64,000 bases of DNA from a bacterium (GTDB lineage Bacteria > Omnitrophota > Gorgyraeia > Zapsychrales > Zapsychraceae), in NCBI GenBank assembly GCA_030429765.1, contig JAUIER010000001.1, positions 1,014-65,013 on the forward strand. Direction: 5' to 3'. Shown here one piece after another: positions 27,800 through 37,868 of the stretch. Below the pieces are notes generated by a model. It did not search any database and had not been told where the DNA came from. It saw nothing but the letters and a program-made list of their open reading frames with translations. Position 1 is the first letter of the stretch. Every line of letters starts with the position of its first letter. A program made the translations under genes and the position numbers.

Positions 27800-28528
27800 A
27801 TGAGATTATTTGGAAAAAATCCGGTTATTGAGCGTCTGCGGGCGAATCCGCATAGCATCCGAAAGATCACCATTCAGCGCGGTTTCAGCGAGGCGGCGTA
27901 TATCAGCAAAAAAGCCAAGCAGTGGAATATTCCTGTGCGCGTGGTGGAGCGCCACAAGATGGACAAGATGACCCGCAACACCAATTCGCAGGGCGTCGTT
28001 GTCGATATCGATGATTTTGAGTACATGCCGTATGACGAATTGCTGGAGTACGCGCTCAAGAAAAAGAAGGTGTTACTGTTTCTCGATGAGCTCAATGATC
28101 CGCAAAATCTCGGCGGGATCATCCGCAGTTTGGGATGCTTCGGCAATTTTGTGATCATCCTGCCGACGCATAAGTCAGTCAAGATTACCGAAGCGGTTTT
28201 GCGGGTGGCCTCCGGCGGTGAAAATTATGTGCAGATCTCCCAGGTTTCCAATTTAGGAAAGGCGATCCGCAAAGCCAAGGATGAGGGATTTAATGTGATC
28301 GGCGCGGTCGTCAAGGATGGTGAACCGATCCATAAGGTTAAATTACATTTTCCATTAGGACTTGTCGTCGGTTCTGAAGCCAAAGGCGTCCGCGAAGTGA
28401 CGCAGAAAGTTTTGGATTCCAAGGTGACGATTCCGATGCATGGTCAGGGCGTAACCTTTAACGCGGCAGTGGCCACGAGTATACTCTGTTATGAAATCAC
28501 CAAACAAAGCCTCGAAAGGCGCGGATAA
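27800..28528 (+). CDS. rlmB: SPOUT 23S rRNA 2'-O-methyltransferase, RlmB-like
   Basis: FGKNPVIE, QGVV, DPQNLGGIIRS, VGSEAKG, IPM, NAAVA. Confidence 0.75.
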   Translation: MRLFGKNPVIERLRANPHSIRKITIQRGFSEAAYISKKAKQWNIPVRVVERHKMDKMTRNTNSQGVVVDIDDFEYMPYDELLEYALKKKKVLLFLDELNDPQNLGGIIRSLGCFGNFVIILPTHKSVKITEAVLRVASGGENYVQISQVSNLGKAIRKAKDEGFNVIGAVVKDGEPIHKVKLHFPLGLVVGSEAKGVREVTQKVLDSKVTIPMHGQGVTFNAAVATSILCYEITKQSLERRG

Positions 28529-29102
28529 AAATATCGACGGGGCGCTCGACTTTTTCGCCGAGGCGGGACTGCTCAAGCATATAAAACGCAGCGGATGGTG
28601 GGTGGCCGGGATCAAGGATCCCGAGTCCGTCGCCGAGCACAGTTTTCGCTGCGGCATTATGGCGTACTATCTCGCCCATATGGAGAAAGTTGACAGCAGC
28701 CGGGTGATGAAGATGGCCTTGTTCAATGACATTCATGAGGCGCGAATTAATGATCTGCACAAAATGGGGCATCATTATATCGATTTTCGCGACGCTGAAG
28801 CGCGTGTGTTTCAGGATCAGATGCAGGGGCTCAACTCAAGTTTTACCCGGGAGATGAAGGCTTTGCGTAAAGAATACGAAGATCAGGAAACCCCGGAAAG
28901 TATTGTCGCGCGTGACGCGGATATTCTTGAGTGTCTGTTACAGGCCAAGGAGTATTACGATAACGGACATACCAAGGCGAAAAAGTTTTTTCAGCGCGCG
29001 CCCAAACACTTAAAATCCGCGTCGGCCAAGAAGATATGGTCGCGCATACGTCAATGGGATAGTGGTGAATGGTGGGAGAAGGTGGTCAAATTTGAACGTT
29101 AA
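28491..29102 (+). CDS. HD-domain protein (YfbR/HDDC2-like nucleotidase family)
   Basis: LK.IKRSGW, ESVAEHSF, ARDADILE; the HD position reads ND. Confidence 0.75.
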   Translation: MKSPNKASKGADKNIDGALDFFAEAGLLKHIKRSGWWVAGIKDPESVAEHSFRCGIMAYYLAHMEKVDSSRVMKMALFNDIHEARINDLHKMGHHYIDFRDAEARVFQDQMQGLNSSFTREMKALRKEYEDQETPESIVARDADILECLLQAKEYYDNGHTKAKKFFQRAPKHLKSASAKKIWSRIRQWDSGEWWEKVVKFER

Positions 29103-29112
29103 AGGTATTAGG

Positions 29113-29877
29113 ATGAAAAGGTTTTGTATATGGTGTGCCATGGGGATGATCGTCATCGGGTCGTCGGGGTGTGCGAGTCTGGGCACATTTAATCCTGCCA
29201 CCGGCCGAAATGAATTGCTGCTGATCTCGACATATCAGGAAGTTGCGCTGGGGCAGGAGGTGCATCAGACCCTGTCCGAGCAATACCAACTGTCGACGGA
29301 TTCGGCAAAGAATGCCCGTTTGCAGCGACTGGGCCAGCAAATGGCCAGTGTGTCGGATCGTCAGGACTATCAGTACACATTTTTCCTGGTTGACGAAGAT
29401 CAGCTTAATGCCTTCACCACACCGGGCGGACGCATTTATGTGTTTACCGGATTGATGGACCGGTTGACCGATGAGCAGCTGGCTTCGGTGCTGGCACATG
29501 AAATCGGGCATTGCGCCGCCAAACATACGGCCAAAAAGTACCAATCGGCATTGGGTTACAATCTGATTGGAAGTCTGGTTCTCGGGCAGATTGCCAGCGA
29601 CAGCGCCCGGCAATTGGCCTCCATCAGTTCCGGCGCCATTATGCAGCTGGTATCGTCTTCCTACAGCCGGCGGGACGAATACGAAGCGGACCGGCTGGCG
29701 GTGAAATATATGCAGCGGGCCGGCTATGATCCCAAGGCCGTCATCGGAGCGTTCGAAGTTCTGAAGGCCAATTCAGGCGGGTCGCAGATTCCCCTCATTC
29801 TTCGCAGCCATCCATATCTTGATGACCGAATTACTGCGGTAAAACAGCAGATAGCCACGGGATCTGTCCAGCCATAG
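29113..29877 (+). CDS. M48 family metallopeptidase lipoprotein
   Basis: Start ATG 29113; lipobox SSGC; NAF..PGG, HEIGH, YSR.DEYEAD, SHP. Confidence 0.9.
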   Translation: MKRFCIWCAMGMIVIGSSGCASLGTFNPATGRNELLLISTYQEVALGQEVHQTLSEQYQLSTDSAKNARLQRLGQQMASVSDRQDYQYTFFLVDEDQLNAFTTPGGRIYVFTGLMDRLTDEQLASVLAHEIGHCAAKHTAKKYQSALGYNLIGSLVLGQIASDSARQLASISSGAIMQLVSSSYSRRDEYEADRLAVKYMQRAGYDPKAVIGAFEVLKANSGGSQIPLILRSHPYLDDRITAVKQQIATGSVQP

Positions 29878-29980
29878 AGAGTCAATTTTCTAAAAAATTT
29901 AATTTTTAAATTATCAGTTGTTTTTTTAATGTTAGAATGATGAAAGCCTTGAACCGTATGATTGACGAAAGGCGTTGCAA

Positions 29981-30274
29981 ATGAAAAGGATCGGGATCGC
30001 CGCCAGCCGGATTTCCAAAGGGAATGTTGTGCACTACAATTTGTGTGTGGTGGGCATTTCGCTGCTGGTGTCGTTGTTTCTTTTCTTAATTGCCGGGTTG
30101 GCCGTATTGCTGGCCATCGGCTTAGTGGCTTTTTTCGGTCACGAAACAATGACGGAAGAATTGCGGAACAACTGGACGACGATCATGTCGCTATGTGCCA
30201 GGGCGTTGGGGCTGGCTGTTGTCGTGTTCAATATTGTTGCCCTGGCTATCAATATCAAGATACCGCCGAAGTAA
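29981..30274 (+). CDS. Small hypothetical membrane protein (about 3 TM helices)
   Basis: MKRIGIAASRISKGN followed by hydrophobic helices; directly upstream of the hybrid kinase. Confidence 0.65.
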   Translation: MKRIGIAASRISKGNVVHYNLCVVGISLLVSLFLFLIAGLAVLLAIGLVAFFGHETMTEELRNNWTTIMSLCARALGLAVVVFNIVALAINIKIPPK

Positions 30275-30286
30275 GTTCAAAACTTT

Positions 30287-32593
30287 ATGTCTACCAAATC
30301 TATCGAATACAAAGAAATCATCGAGAACATTCAAACGAATATCGGACGTGTCCTGCCCGCCACCAAGCCGAAGTTCATATATATGAATGAACATATGCGC
30401 AGTCGGTTTGGATACAATCTCAAGAACATGCAGAAGGTCTACCTGGAGAATCTTTTTGGAGAGCGTCGGGTGTTTCTCAAATTCAGGAAAGAACTTTACA
30501 CCGAAAACCGGGTGAGCAAATTCGAGGCCCGTCTTAAAGGCGTTCAGAAAACATCATTCTGGTGCTCGATCTCGGCGGTGATGACGCGTGATCGAATCGG
30601 CAATCCGAAACATATTGATCTTTATATCGAAGATATTTCCTCACGTAAACGCTATGAGAAAGAATTGGTTGAGTCCAAGGAGTTGTTTCAGACCGTGTTT
30701 AACAACACGGCGGCGGCCATCATGGTGACCGATAAGAATGAGCGGCTGGTGGCCTGGAATCCGTACGCGGAACATTTACTGGAAATGGAACGTGAAGATT
30801 TGTTCAATAAACCGGTCAAGGAATTGTATCCGGCCAAAGAATGGCGCCGGATTAAGTCGTATAAGATCGGACAGAAAGGCGTGAAAGCCAATATTGAGAC
30901 GCAGATTTACAAAAAAGACGGGTCGCTGCTTGAGGTAAATATCTCGGTGTCGATGCTCAAAGATCTGGAAGGCAAGGCCATCGGATCAATCGGGATCATT
31001 CGGGACATCACTCAGCAGAAGGAAGATGAACGAAAGATCCGCGAGTCGGAAAACAAGATACGGATTATTCTCGATAACTCGGCGGCCAGTATCACCTTAA
31101 CAGATGAACAGGAGCGGATTGTTTCCTGGAACCGATACACCGAAGAGCTGCTGGGGATGAAGAAGAAAGATTTGTACCTGAAGCATATCAGCACGCTGTA
31201 TCCCAAGGAAGAATGGGAGAAGATTCGCGGGGAAAATATCCGAAAGACCGGTTCCAAGCATCATATGGAAACCAAGATTGTGAAGAAGAACGGCGATCTC
31301 GTCGACGTGGATCTGTCGGTCAATATTTTGAGTGATGAGGATAAGGGTATCACCGGTTCGGTTGGAATTATGCAGGACATCACGCAGCAGAAACGCGCGC
31401 AGGAGATGCTGATTCAGGCCAAGATTGCCGCGGAAGAGGCCAATAACGCCAAGTCGCTGTTTCTGGCCAACATGTCGCACGAAGTGCGGACACCGATCAA
31501 CACCATTATCGGGATGCTCGATCTGACGCTTGACACCACGCTTAATCAGGAGCAGCAGGATAATCTGGAAGTGGCCAAGGACGCGTCGGTTAATCTGCTG
31601 AGTTTGTTGAATGATATCCTGGATCTGTCACGGGTCGAGGCCGGCAAGATCAGCCTGGAGGACATCGAGTTTCATATGCACAATGTCGCGCACAGCGTGA
31701 CCAAGGGGATGTCGGTGCTGGCCAAGAAAAAGGGATTGGAAACCGTCTTAAATATCCAAAATGATGTTCCTCAACTGGTCGAAGGTGATCCCGTCCGGTT
31801 GCGGCAGGTCATTGTGAATCTCATCAATAACGCCATCAAGTTTACACACAAGGGCAAGATCACGACGGAGATCAAGGTCGCCTCCAAAAACGGCAACGAG
31901 ATCATGCTGTTATTCTCCATCATTGATGAAGGGATCGGTATTCCTAAAAGCAAACAGGACAAAATTTTTGACATCTTCGCGCAGGCGGATGATTCCACGA
32001 CAAGACGATTCGGCGGGACCGGACTTGGGCTGGCGATATCCAAACGTCTGGTGGAGATGATGGGTGGACGAATCTGGGTGGAAAGTGAAGAGGGTAAAGG
32101 CAGTGCGTTTAATTTCACCGCCAATTTTAAGATTGTCAAAGAAAAGTCCCTATCATCTGCCGGTCTTGAATCCGGGGTTGAGATTGACGATAAATATATT
32201 CAGGAACAGCTTCAGGGAATTAAAATTTTGTTGGCTGAGGACAATATCGTGAATCAAAAGATCGCGGTTAAACTTTTGGAAAAACAAGGATGGGTCGTGA
32301 CAGCGGTTGACAACGGACAGGATGCTGTCGACAAGGCTCTGCATAATAATTATGATGTCGTTCTGATGGACGCCAATATGCCGATTCTCGACGGGCTCGA
32401 GGCGACACGGCTGATCCGGGAGAATGAACAGAAAACAGGGAAGCATATTCCAATTATCGCTTTGACGGCACGCGCGATGCAGGAAGACAAAAAGCGCTGT
32501 CTGGATTCCGGTATGGATGGTTATGTGACCAAGCCCATAGATCGTAAAGAGCTTTTTCAGACGATCGGAAAAATCATCAAACAAGGAAGGTAA
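30287..32593 (+). CDS. Cytoplasmic hybrid histidine kinase (3 PAS + HisKA + HATPase + receiver)
   Basis: PAS repeats ending DISSRK, DITQQK, DITQQK; FLANMSHEVRTP; NLINNAIKFT; DEGIGI; GGTGLGL; receiver LAEDN...LMDANMP...KP; no TM helix. Confidence 0.93.
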   Translation: MSTKSIEYKEIIENIQTNIGRVLPATKPKFIYMNEHMRSRFGYNLKNMQKVYLENLFGERRVFLKFRKELYTENRVSKFEARLKGVQKTSFWCSISAVMTRDRIGNPKHIDLYIEDISSRKRYEKELVESKELFQTVFNNTAAAIMVTDKNERLVAWNPYAEHLLEMEREDLFNKPVKELYPAKEWRRIKSYKIGQKGVKANIETQIYKKDGSLLEVNISVSMLKDLEGKAIGSIGIIRDITQQKEDERKIRESENKIRIILDNSAASITLTDEQERIVSWNRYTEELLGMKKKDLYLKHISTLYPKEEWEKIRGENIRKTGSKHHMETKIVKKNGDLVDVDLSVNILSDEDKGITGSVGIMQDITQQKRAQEMLIQAKIAAEEANNAKSLFLANMSHEVRTPINTIIGMLDLTLDTTLNQEQQDNLEVAKDASVNLLSLLNDILDLSRVEAGKISLEDIEFHMHNVAHSVTKGMSVLAKKKGLETVLNIQNDVPQLVEGDPVRLRQVIVNLINNAIKFTHKGKITTEIKVASKNGNEIMLLFSIIDEGIGIPKSKQDKIFDIFAQADDSTTRRFGGTGLGLAISKRLVEMMGGRIWVESEEGKGSAFNFTANFKIVKEKSLSSAGLESGVEIDDKYIQEQLQGIKILLAEDNIVNQKIAVKLLEKQGWVVTAVDNGQDAVDKALHNNYDVVLMDANMPILDGLEATRLIRENEQKTGKHIPIIALTARAMQEDKKRCLDSGMDGYVTKPIDRKELFQTIGKIIKQGR

Positions 32594-32596
32594 ACT

Positions 32597-32944
32597 ATGA
32601 GCGACGACATTCTTGATGTGCCGGAATTTATGGAGCGGGTTCAGGATGACAAAGATTTATTGCGTGAGCTCCTCGACATATTTATGGAAGACTATGCGCA
32701 AAAACGTAAAAATCTCGGCGAGGCCATTATGGCCAAAGATTTTGAGTCGATCCGCAGTATCGGCCACTCGGTGAAGGGCGCGTCGGGAAATATTTCCGCG
32801 AAACGTGTTCGCGAGATATGCATGCAGTTGGAGAACAAGGGTAAGGATCAGGACGGCGAGGGCTTGGAAGATCTCCTGGCCAGTCTTGATAAGGAATATG
32901 AACAGCTCAAGGAACGGATCGCCGTCGTCCAACAAGAACTCTAG
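32597..32944 (+). CDS. Hpt (histidine phosphotransfer) protein
   Basis: GHSVKGASGNI motif; 115 aa helical protein following the hybrid kinase. Confidence 0.9.
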   Translation: MSDDILDVPEFMERVQDDKDLLRELLDIFMEDYAQKRKNLGEAIMAKDFESIRSIGHSVKGASGNISAKRVREICMQLENKGKDQDGEGLEDLLASLDKEYEQLKERIAVVQQEL

Positions 32945-32946
32945 CC

Positions 32947-34638
32947 ATGAAGCTTTTGAGCTTCAACAATTGGAATGGTCTGACGATATTGGCTGTGCTG
33001 GCCGTTATCGGGTTTTTGTGTTATGGCCGGGTCATTTCCTATCCGTTTGTTCATGATGATGTCGTTTTCATCGTCAACAATCCTGACATCAAATCACTTG
33101 ATCTCATTGAGATTTTTCATCCGCGTGCGGTGGACACCGCCGTGCCGGAGCTGGTTAATACCTATTATCGTCCATTGATTGAACTGGTTCATCGGATCCA
33201 GTACCGACTATTCGGACTCACGCCTCACGGCTATCATCTCACTAATATAATCCTGCATATCCTCAACGCCTTTATGTTGTTTGCGTTGTTCACCCGGTTG
33301 AAGACTCTAACCAAAGGGATCGCGTTTAGCGCGGCGGTGATTTTTCTCGTGCATCCGGTTCAAACCGAATCGGTGGCCTGTATTTCCGGGATATCGAACG
33401 TGCTGCTGCTGACCATGATGCTGGGGAGTTTTCATCTCTACCTCGATGGTACGCGTAAAGGAGTTTTCTGGAAGTATCTGCTAGCGTTGGTGATTTTTCT
33501 AATCGGCTGTTTTGTCAAGGAGCAGATGATTGTCCTGCCGTTTGTCATCGCCTTGTTCGAATGGCTGACAGACCGTCGCATGAAGTCCGTGGCGGGATAT
33601 CTAATCCCGCTTGTAGTTTACTTTGTGCTTCGTAAATTGATCTTGGGATTCTCCACGACGGTGATTTTTGATCCCAACGGCGAGTATCTGCTGAGAATGG
33701 CCGCCATTCCGCGATCGATCCTGACTTATTTGTCGTTGATGATCTTTCCGGTGAACCTGCATTATTATCGAAGTTTGAATGTGCTGGAACCCAGCATATT
33801 TGCGGCGATGATTGTGGCGGTTTTAATCGGTATTGTATATTGGGGGTGTCGACGATTTCAGTCACCGTATCGGCCTTATGTGATTTTCGGTCTGGGCTGG
33901 ATGATGCTGACGATTGCCCCGATGCTCAATATCATTCCGTTGGTTAACGAGTACGCGAGCATCCTCAACTTTGAACATTTTCTGTACATTCCATTGGCTG
34001 GGATGAGTTTGATAGTTTGTCTGGTGGCTGCGCATGCGGCGGAAAAATTTAAAGTTTCACCTTCAATGCTACGGAATATCATTATCTGTGTCATGATCGT
34101 GGGCTCGGGACTGACGATCCATCAGAATCGATTCTGGCGGTCCGAGATCGCGTTGTTCGAACGTACACTAAATTATGTCGATTCGGCCCGTGTCCGCATC
34201 CTGCTGGGGAAGGCGTACTACTTTGATGGGCGTCACCATGATGCCATCGGGCAGTACCAGCAGGCGCTGGATCAGATGGGCCAATATATTCGTCGGGCGA
34301 CAAATCCTTCATTAACAGCGTTTTACACGGGGTTTATCAAAGAGATTTATTTTGACCTAGCCCATTGTTACGAGGCTTTGAAAAATTGGCCGCAAGCCGT
34401 TAAAATGTATCGTCAGGGGATTGAAATCGATCCGACAGATATAAATTTCTACAACAACCTGGCCGTTCTGTATATCCGGCAGTCCGAGTATAAATCGGCC
34501 ATTCGGTATCTGGAACAGGCCCTGGTGCTGAATCCGCAGCATCCGATAACGCGCCAGAATCTGGCTTATTGTCTGGTTCAAGTCGGTCAAAAAGACCGGG
34601 CCGATCAACTAATGCAAACAGAAAGACGAAATCCATGA
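32947..34638 (+). CDS. TMTC-like membrane glycosyltransferase with C-terminal TPRs
   Basis: FVHDD, YYRPL, HLTNIILH, HPVQTESV, EHFLYIP, W.SE..LF, then TPR repeats. Confidence 0.8.
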   Translation: MKLLSFNNWNGLTILAVLAVIGFLCYGRVISYPFVHDDVVFIVNNPDIKSLDLIEIFHPRAVDTAVPELVNTYYRPLIELVHRIQYRLFGLTPHGYHLTNIILHILNAFMLFALFTRLKTLTKGIAFSAAVIFLVHPVQTESVACISGISNVLLLTMMLGSFHLYLDGTRKGVFWKYLLALVIFLIGCFVKEQMIVLPFVIALFEWLTDRRMKSVAGYLIPLVVYFVLRKLILGFSTTVIFDPNGEYLLRMAAIPRSILTYLSLMIFPVNLHYYRSLNVLEPSIFAAMIVAVLIGIVYWGCRRFQSPYRPYVIFGLGWMMLTIAPMLNIIPLVNEYASILNFEHFLYIPLAGMSLIVCLVAAHAAEKFKVSPSMLRNIIICVMIVGSGLTIHQNRFWRSEIALFERTLNYVDSARVRILLGKAYYFDGRHHDAIGQYQQALDQMGQYIRRATNPSLTAFYTGFIKEIYFDLAHCYEALKNWPQAVKMYRQGIEIDPTDINFYNNLAVLYIRQSEYKSAIRYLEQALVLNPQHPITRQNLAYCLVQVGQKDRADQLMQTERRNP

Positions 34639-35327
34639 CCGCGCCATCACCCGCTACCCTTACGGCCTTTATCCTGCTTGTTGTGCTAACCGTGTTATTG
34701 ATCGAGGTGTTGTTGATTCCGGAAGTCAAAAAACGGACCCGCAAACGCAAAAAGAATCGTAAGCCGGAGCCATCCGAAGAAGAGCTGAAACTGCGTGAAT
34801 CGATCAAGCGGATGGAGAACAAGATCGACAGTCTAAAAGCCGAACTGGATGAGGCTGCGCTGAATGCCAAGCGTCTGGAGAAATCCATCGAAGAGGAGCA
34901 GGCCAAGTCGGCCAAGCTTCAGGAAAAGCTCACGACGGAGCGCGGCTGGCATGAAAAAGAGCAGCAGGAGATTTATAAGAAGAACAAAGAGATCCAAAAA
35001 ATGCGCGAGGAGTTTCAGATTGAACAGGAAAACTTTAGTCGTGAGCATACGGAGTTTATCAAACTTGAGCATGAGCTTAAACGGGTGAAGAGTGAGTATC
35101 AGGAATTGCACAATCAGAAGCGGGCACTTGAGCGGGAAAACTCAATCTTTAAAGGTAAGATCGAAGGTCAGCGAAAAGAGATCATGAATCTCAAAGGAGA
35201 TATTGCCGGGCTGAACAAGAAAAAGGAAGAAGAGAGCTGGATTGCCAAGTCTGAATACGGTCGGTTGGAAAAAGAAATGGAAAAGCTTCAGAAAGAACTG
35301 GAACGGGTGCAACGTGACCAAGACTAG
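34635..35327 (+). CDS. Membrane-anchored coiled-coil protein
   Basis: Start ATG 34635 (ATGA overlap); one TM helix, a basic stretch, then about 180 aa of E/K-rich heptads. Confidence 0.7.
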   Translation: MTAPSPATLTAFILLVVLTVLLIEVLLIPEVKKRTRKRKKNRKPEPSEEELKLRESIKRMENKIDSLKAELDEAALNAKRLEKSIEEEQAKSAKLQEKLTTERGWHEKEQQEIYKKNKEIQKMREEFQIEQENFSREHTEFIKLEHELKRVKSEYQELHNQKRALERENSIFKGKIEGQRKEIMNLKGDIAGLNKKKEEESWIAKSEYGRLEKEMEKLQKELERVQRDQD

Positions 35328-36510
35328 TAAGTTTAATTTTGCCCGTCGCTGTGACTGGGATCTTCAGACGAATGAGATCACCCGTCTCAAGGAACAGCTG
35401 ATCCGGCAAGGCACGGACATCATTGATTTGACGGTTTCAAATCCCACCCAATGCGGTCTGATCTTTGACCAGGATATATCGTTGGCTGAATTGTCGGATG
35501 ACCGCAACAGATTGTATAGCGCGGAATCTCAAGGGATGGCAGAAGCGCGTGCCGCCGTCAGTCAGATGTACGCCAAGCAGGGAGTGAATGTCGCACCTGA
35601 ACGGATATTTTTGACAGCGTCGACGTCCGAGGCCTACACCTACCTGTTTCGGTTGCTGGCCAATCCGGACGATACCGTTCTATTTCCCGCTCCGAGTTAT
35701 CCGCTGTTTAATTTTCTGGGGACATTGAATGATGTCCGGATCAATTTTTATCAGTTAATGTATGATCAACGGTGGCAGATAGATTTTGCGGACTTGGTTG
35801 AACAGCTGCAACCTGACGCCCGGGCGATTGTGTTGGTGAATCCCAACAATCCAACAGGATCTTATGTGTCCAATGAAGAGATCGGACATTTGAACCGGAT
35901 ATGCGCGGACCGGCAGATGGCGATCATCAGCGACGAGGTATTTTTTGATTTCAATCACCAACGGCAAAGTTTCACCAGCCTGGCCGGTAATGAGCCCGCC
36001 TTGACGTTTGTGATGGGCGGTTTATCCAAGACGCTGGGATTTCCGCAAATGAAACTTTCGTGGATTATACTCAGCGGGCCGGACGATCTGGTTGCGCAGG
36101 CCCGATCCAAACTGGAAATTATTGCCGACACATTTCTGTCGGTAAATACGCCGGTCCAGAACGCGTTGCCGCAATGGTTGGCCCAGAAAGCGCATCGTCA
36201 GCAGCCGATTCAGCAGCGGATAAAGGCCAATCTTGAATGCCTTAAGCAATCAATTGATGGCTTGCGGGCGGCCCAGCTGTTGGATGTTCAGGGTGGATGG
36301 TACGCCATTGTCAGAATTGACCAGACCAGGACCGAAGAGGAATGGGTGCTGAAATTGCTTGGCAAGTATCATGTGTTCGTACATCCGGGATTTTTTTATG
36401 ACTTTGCCGAAGGTTCCCATCTGGTGCTGAGTTTATTGCCACCGACGGAACGCTTTAGGGATGGCGTCGAAAGGATGCTGAGCCGTTTAGAACAGCCCTA
36501 TCACGGATGA
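35314..36510 (+). CDS. Class I/II PLP-dependent aminotransferase
   Basis: Probable GTG start at 35314; PSYP, NPNNPTG, SDEVF, GLSK. Confidence 0.88.
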   Translation: MTKTSKFNFARRCDWDLQTNEITRLKEQLIRQGTDIIDLTVSNPTQCGLIFDQDISLAELSDDRNRLYSAESQGMAEARAAVSQMYAKQGVNVAPERIFLTASTSEAYTYLFRLLANPDDTVLFPAPSYPLFNFLGTLNDVRINFYQLMYDQRWQIDFADLVEQLQPDARAIVLVNPNNPTGSYVSNEEIGHLNRICADRQMAIISDEVFFDFNHQRQSFTSLAGNEPALTFVMGGLSKTLGFPQMKLSWIILSGPDDLVAQARSKLEIIADTFLSVNTPVQNALPQWLAQKAHRQQPIQQRIKANLECLKQSIDGLRAAQLLDVQGGWYAIVRIDQTRTEEEWVLKLLGKYHVFVHPGFFYDFAEGSHLVLSLLPPTERFRDGVERMLSRLEQPYHG

Positions 36511-36584
36511 CGCCGACGGTAAATTGCTTTAATTTCAGGTTTTAATTTGCTATCATGACAGGATGTTCGGAAAGGATATAACAT

Positions 36585-36998
36585 ATGACAAACAATCCAG
36601 TTAAAGTGTTAATGGCCGAGGATGAGATCGATGTCCTCACAGTGATGAGCAAATCCATCGCTCGTCATGGCTACGAGGTGGTCACCGCGTCCAATGGTGA
36701 AGAGGCCTGGGAAAAGATACAGCAGGAATCACCGGACGTGATTTTGCTCGATATCAATATGCCGCTAAAGAATGGCTTTGAAGTGCTGAAGCTGCTGAGG
36801 GAAAATCCCAGTAGTGACAAATGGCAGCCGGTCATCATTATCTCGGCCCGCTCGGAACTTAGCGATATGCAGAAAAGTTATAATCTTGAAGCCGATCATT
36901 ACATCACCAAGCCCTGTCAGATGGACGATATTCTCAAATCGATCCGTCTGATGGTCAATTTAATACCACAACATAAAAAACCGTCGGAAATGGACTAA
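36585..36998 (+). CDS. Single-domain response regulator (receiver only)
   Basis: AEDE, LLDINMP, ISA, YITKP. Confidence 0.9.
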   Translation: MTNNPVKVLMAEDEIDVLTVMSKSIARHGYEVVTASNGEEAWEKIQQESPDVILLDINMPLKNGFEVLKLLRENPSSDKWQPVIIISARSELSDMQKSYNLEADHYITKPCQMDDILKSIRLMVNLIPQHKKPSEMD

Positions 36999-37026
36999 GG
37001 AAGTTTACGACGCTGTGAGATAGATT

Positions 37027-37836
37027 ATGAAAATCCTTGTAGGACTTATGATCACTCTGGGAGTGATGTTTTTAGCCATTCGAATTCTTGAAAAAATTTC
37101 TGTATTTTTTCCGTCGAAGGAGATTCTGCAGACACCCGCCAGCGTGCGGCTCGATTTTGAAGATGTCTTTATCACCGATGGACAGGCCGCCATTCGAATT
37201 CACGGCTGGTGGATTCCACGGATGGGCGCGGATAAAACCGTTTTATTTCTGCATGGAAATGCCGGGAATATCGGAGATCGGCTGGACAAGGCCCAATTGT
37301 TTCATGAACTGGGTGTGAATGTACTCATGATCGACTATCGCGGGTTCGGTCGCAGTGAAGGTAAGCCCACGGAAGCCGGCATGTATCGGGACAGTCAGCT
37401 CGCTCTTAATTTTCTATACGATGATAAGGGGATTCCGTCCCAGGATGTGGTGGTTTACGGTGATTCGCTCGGCGGTGTCGCTGCAACATATGTGGCGGCG
37501 CACAATGAGGTTGGCGGATTGGTGGTGGACTCGTCGTTCACGCATTCACGCGATATGGCCCGCTACATGTATCCATGGGTGCCGTCGTTTTTGGTCCGAA
37601 AGATGCTGGATTCGCTCGAACGGATTGTGCAGGTGGATGAGCCTAAATTATTTTTCCATAGTCCGGAAGACCGGACGGTCCCGTTTGCGCTCGGACGCAA
37701 GCTGTTTGACGCGGCCGCTCAGCCCAAGACATTTATCGAAACCCGTGGTGGGCATAATGATGCCCATCTGCATTCCGATGATCTCTATCGAGACGCGCTT
37801 TCCCGGTTTCTTGAAGATCTGCACGTCCGTCAATAG
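37027..37836 (+). CDS. Alpha/beta hydrolase (ABHD13/BEM46-like)
   Basis: HGNAGNI, DYRGFG.SEG, GDSLGG nucleophile, D..VP, GGHND. Confidence 0.9.
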   Translation: MKILVGLMITLGVMFLAIRILEKISVFFPSKEILQTPASVRLDFEDVFITDGQAAIRIHGWWIPRMGADKTVLFLHGNAGNIGDRLDKAQLFHELGVNVLMIDYRGFGRSEGKPTEAGMYRDSQLALNFLYDDKGIPSQDVVVYGDSLGGVAATYVAAHNEVGGLVVDSSFTHSRDMARYMYPWVPSFLVRKMLDSLERIVQVDEPKLFFHSPEDRTVPFALGRKLFDAAAQPKTFIETRGGHNDAHLHSDDLYRDALSRFLEDLHVRQ

Positions 37837-37868
37837 CTTGCCGTTGAGGATCTTGAAGCGTTGGAATA

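Noticed and set aside
29962-30390. 142-aa Cys-rich alternative-frame ORF
   Set aside because: It overlaps both the more plausible membrane protein and the kinase start and has no recognisable motif.
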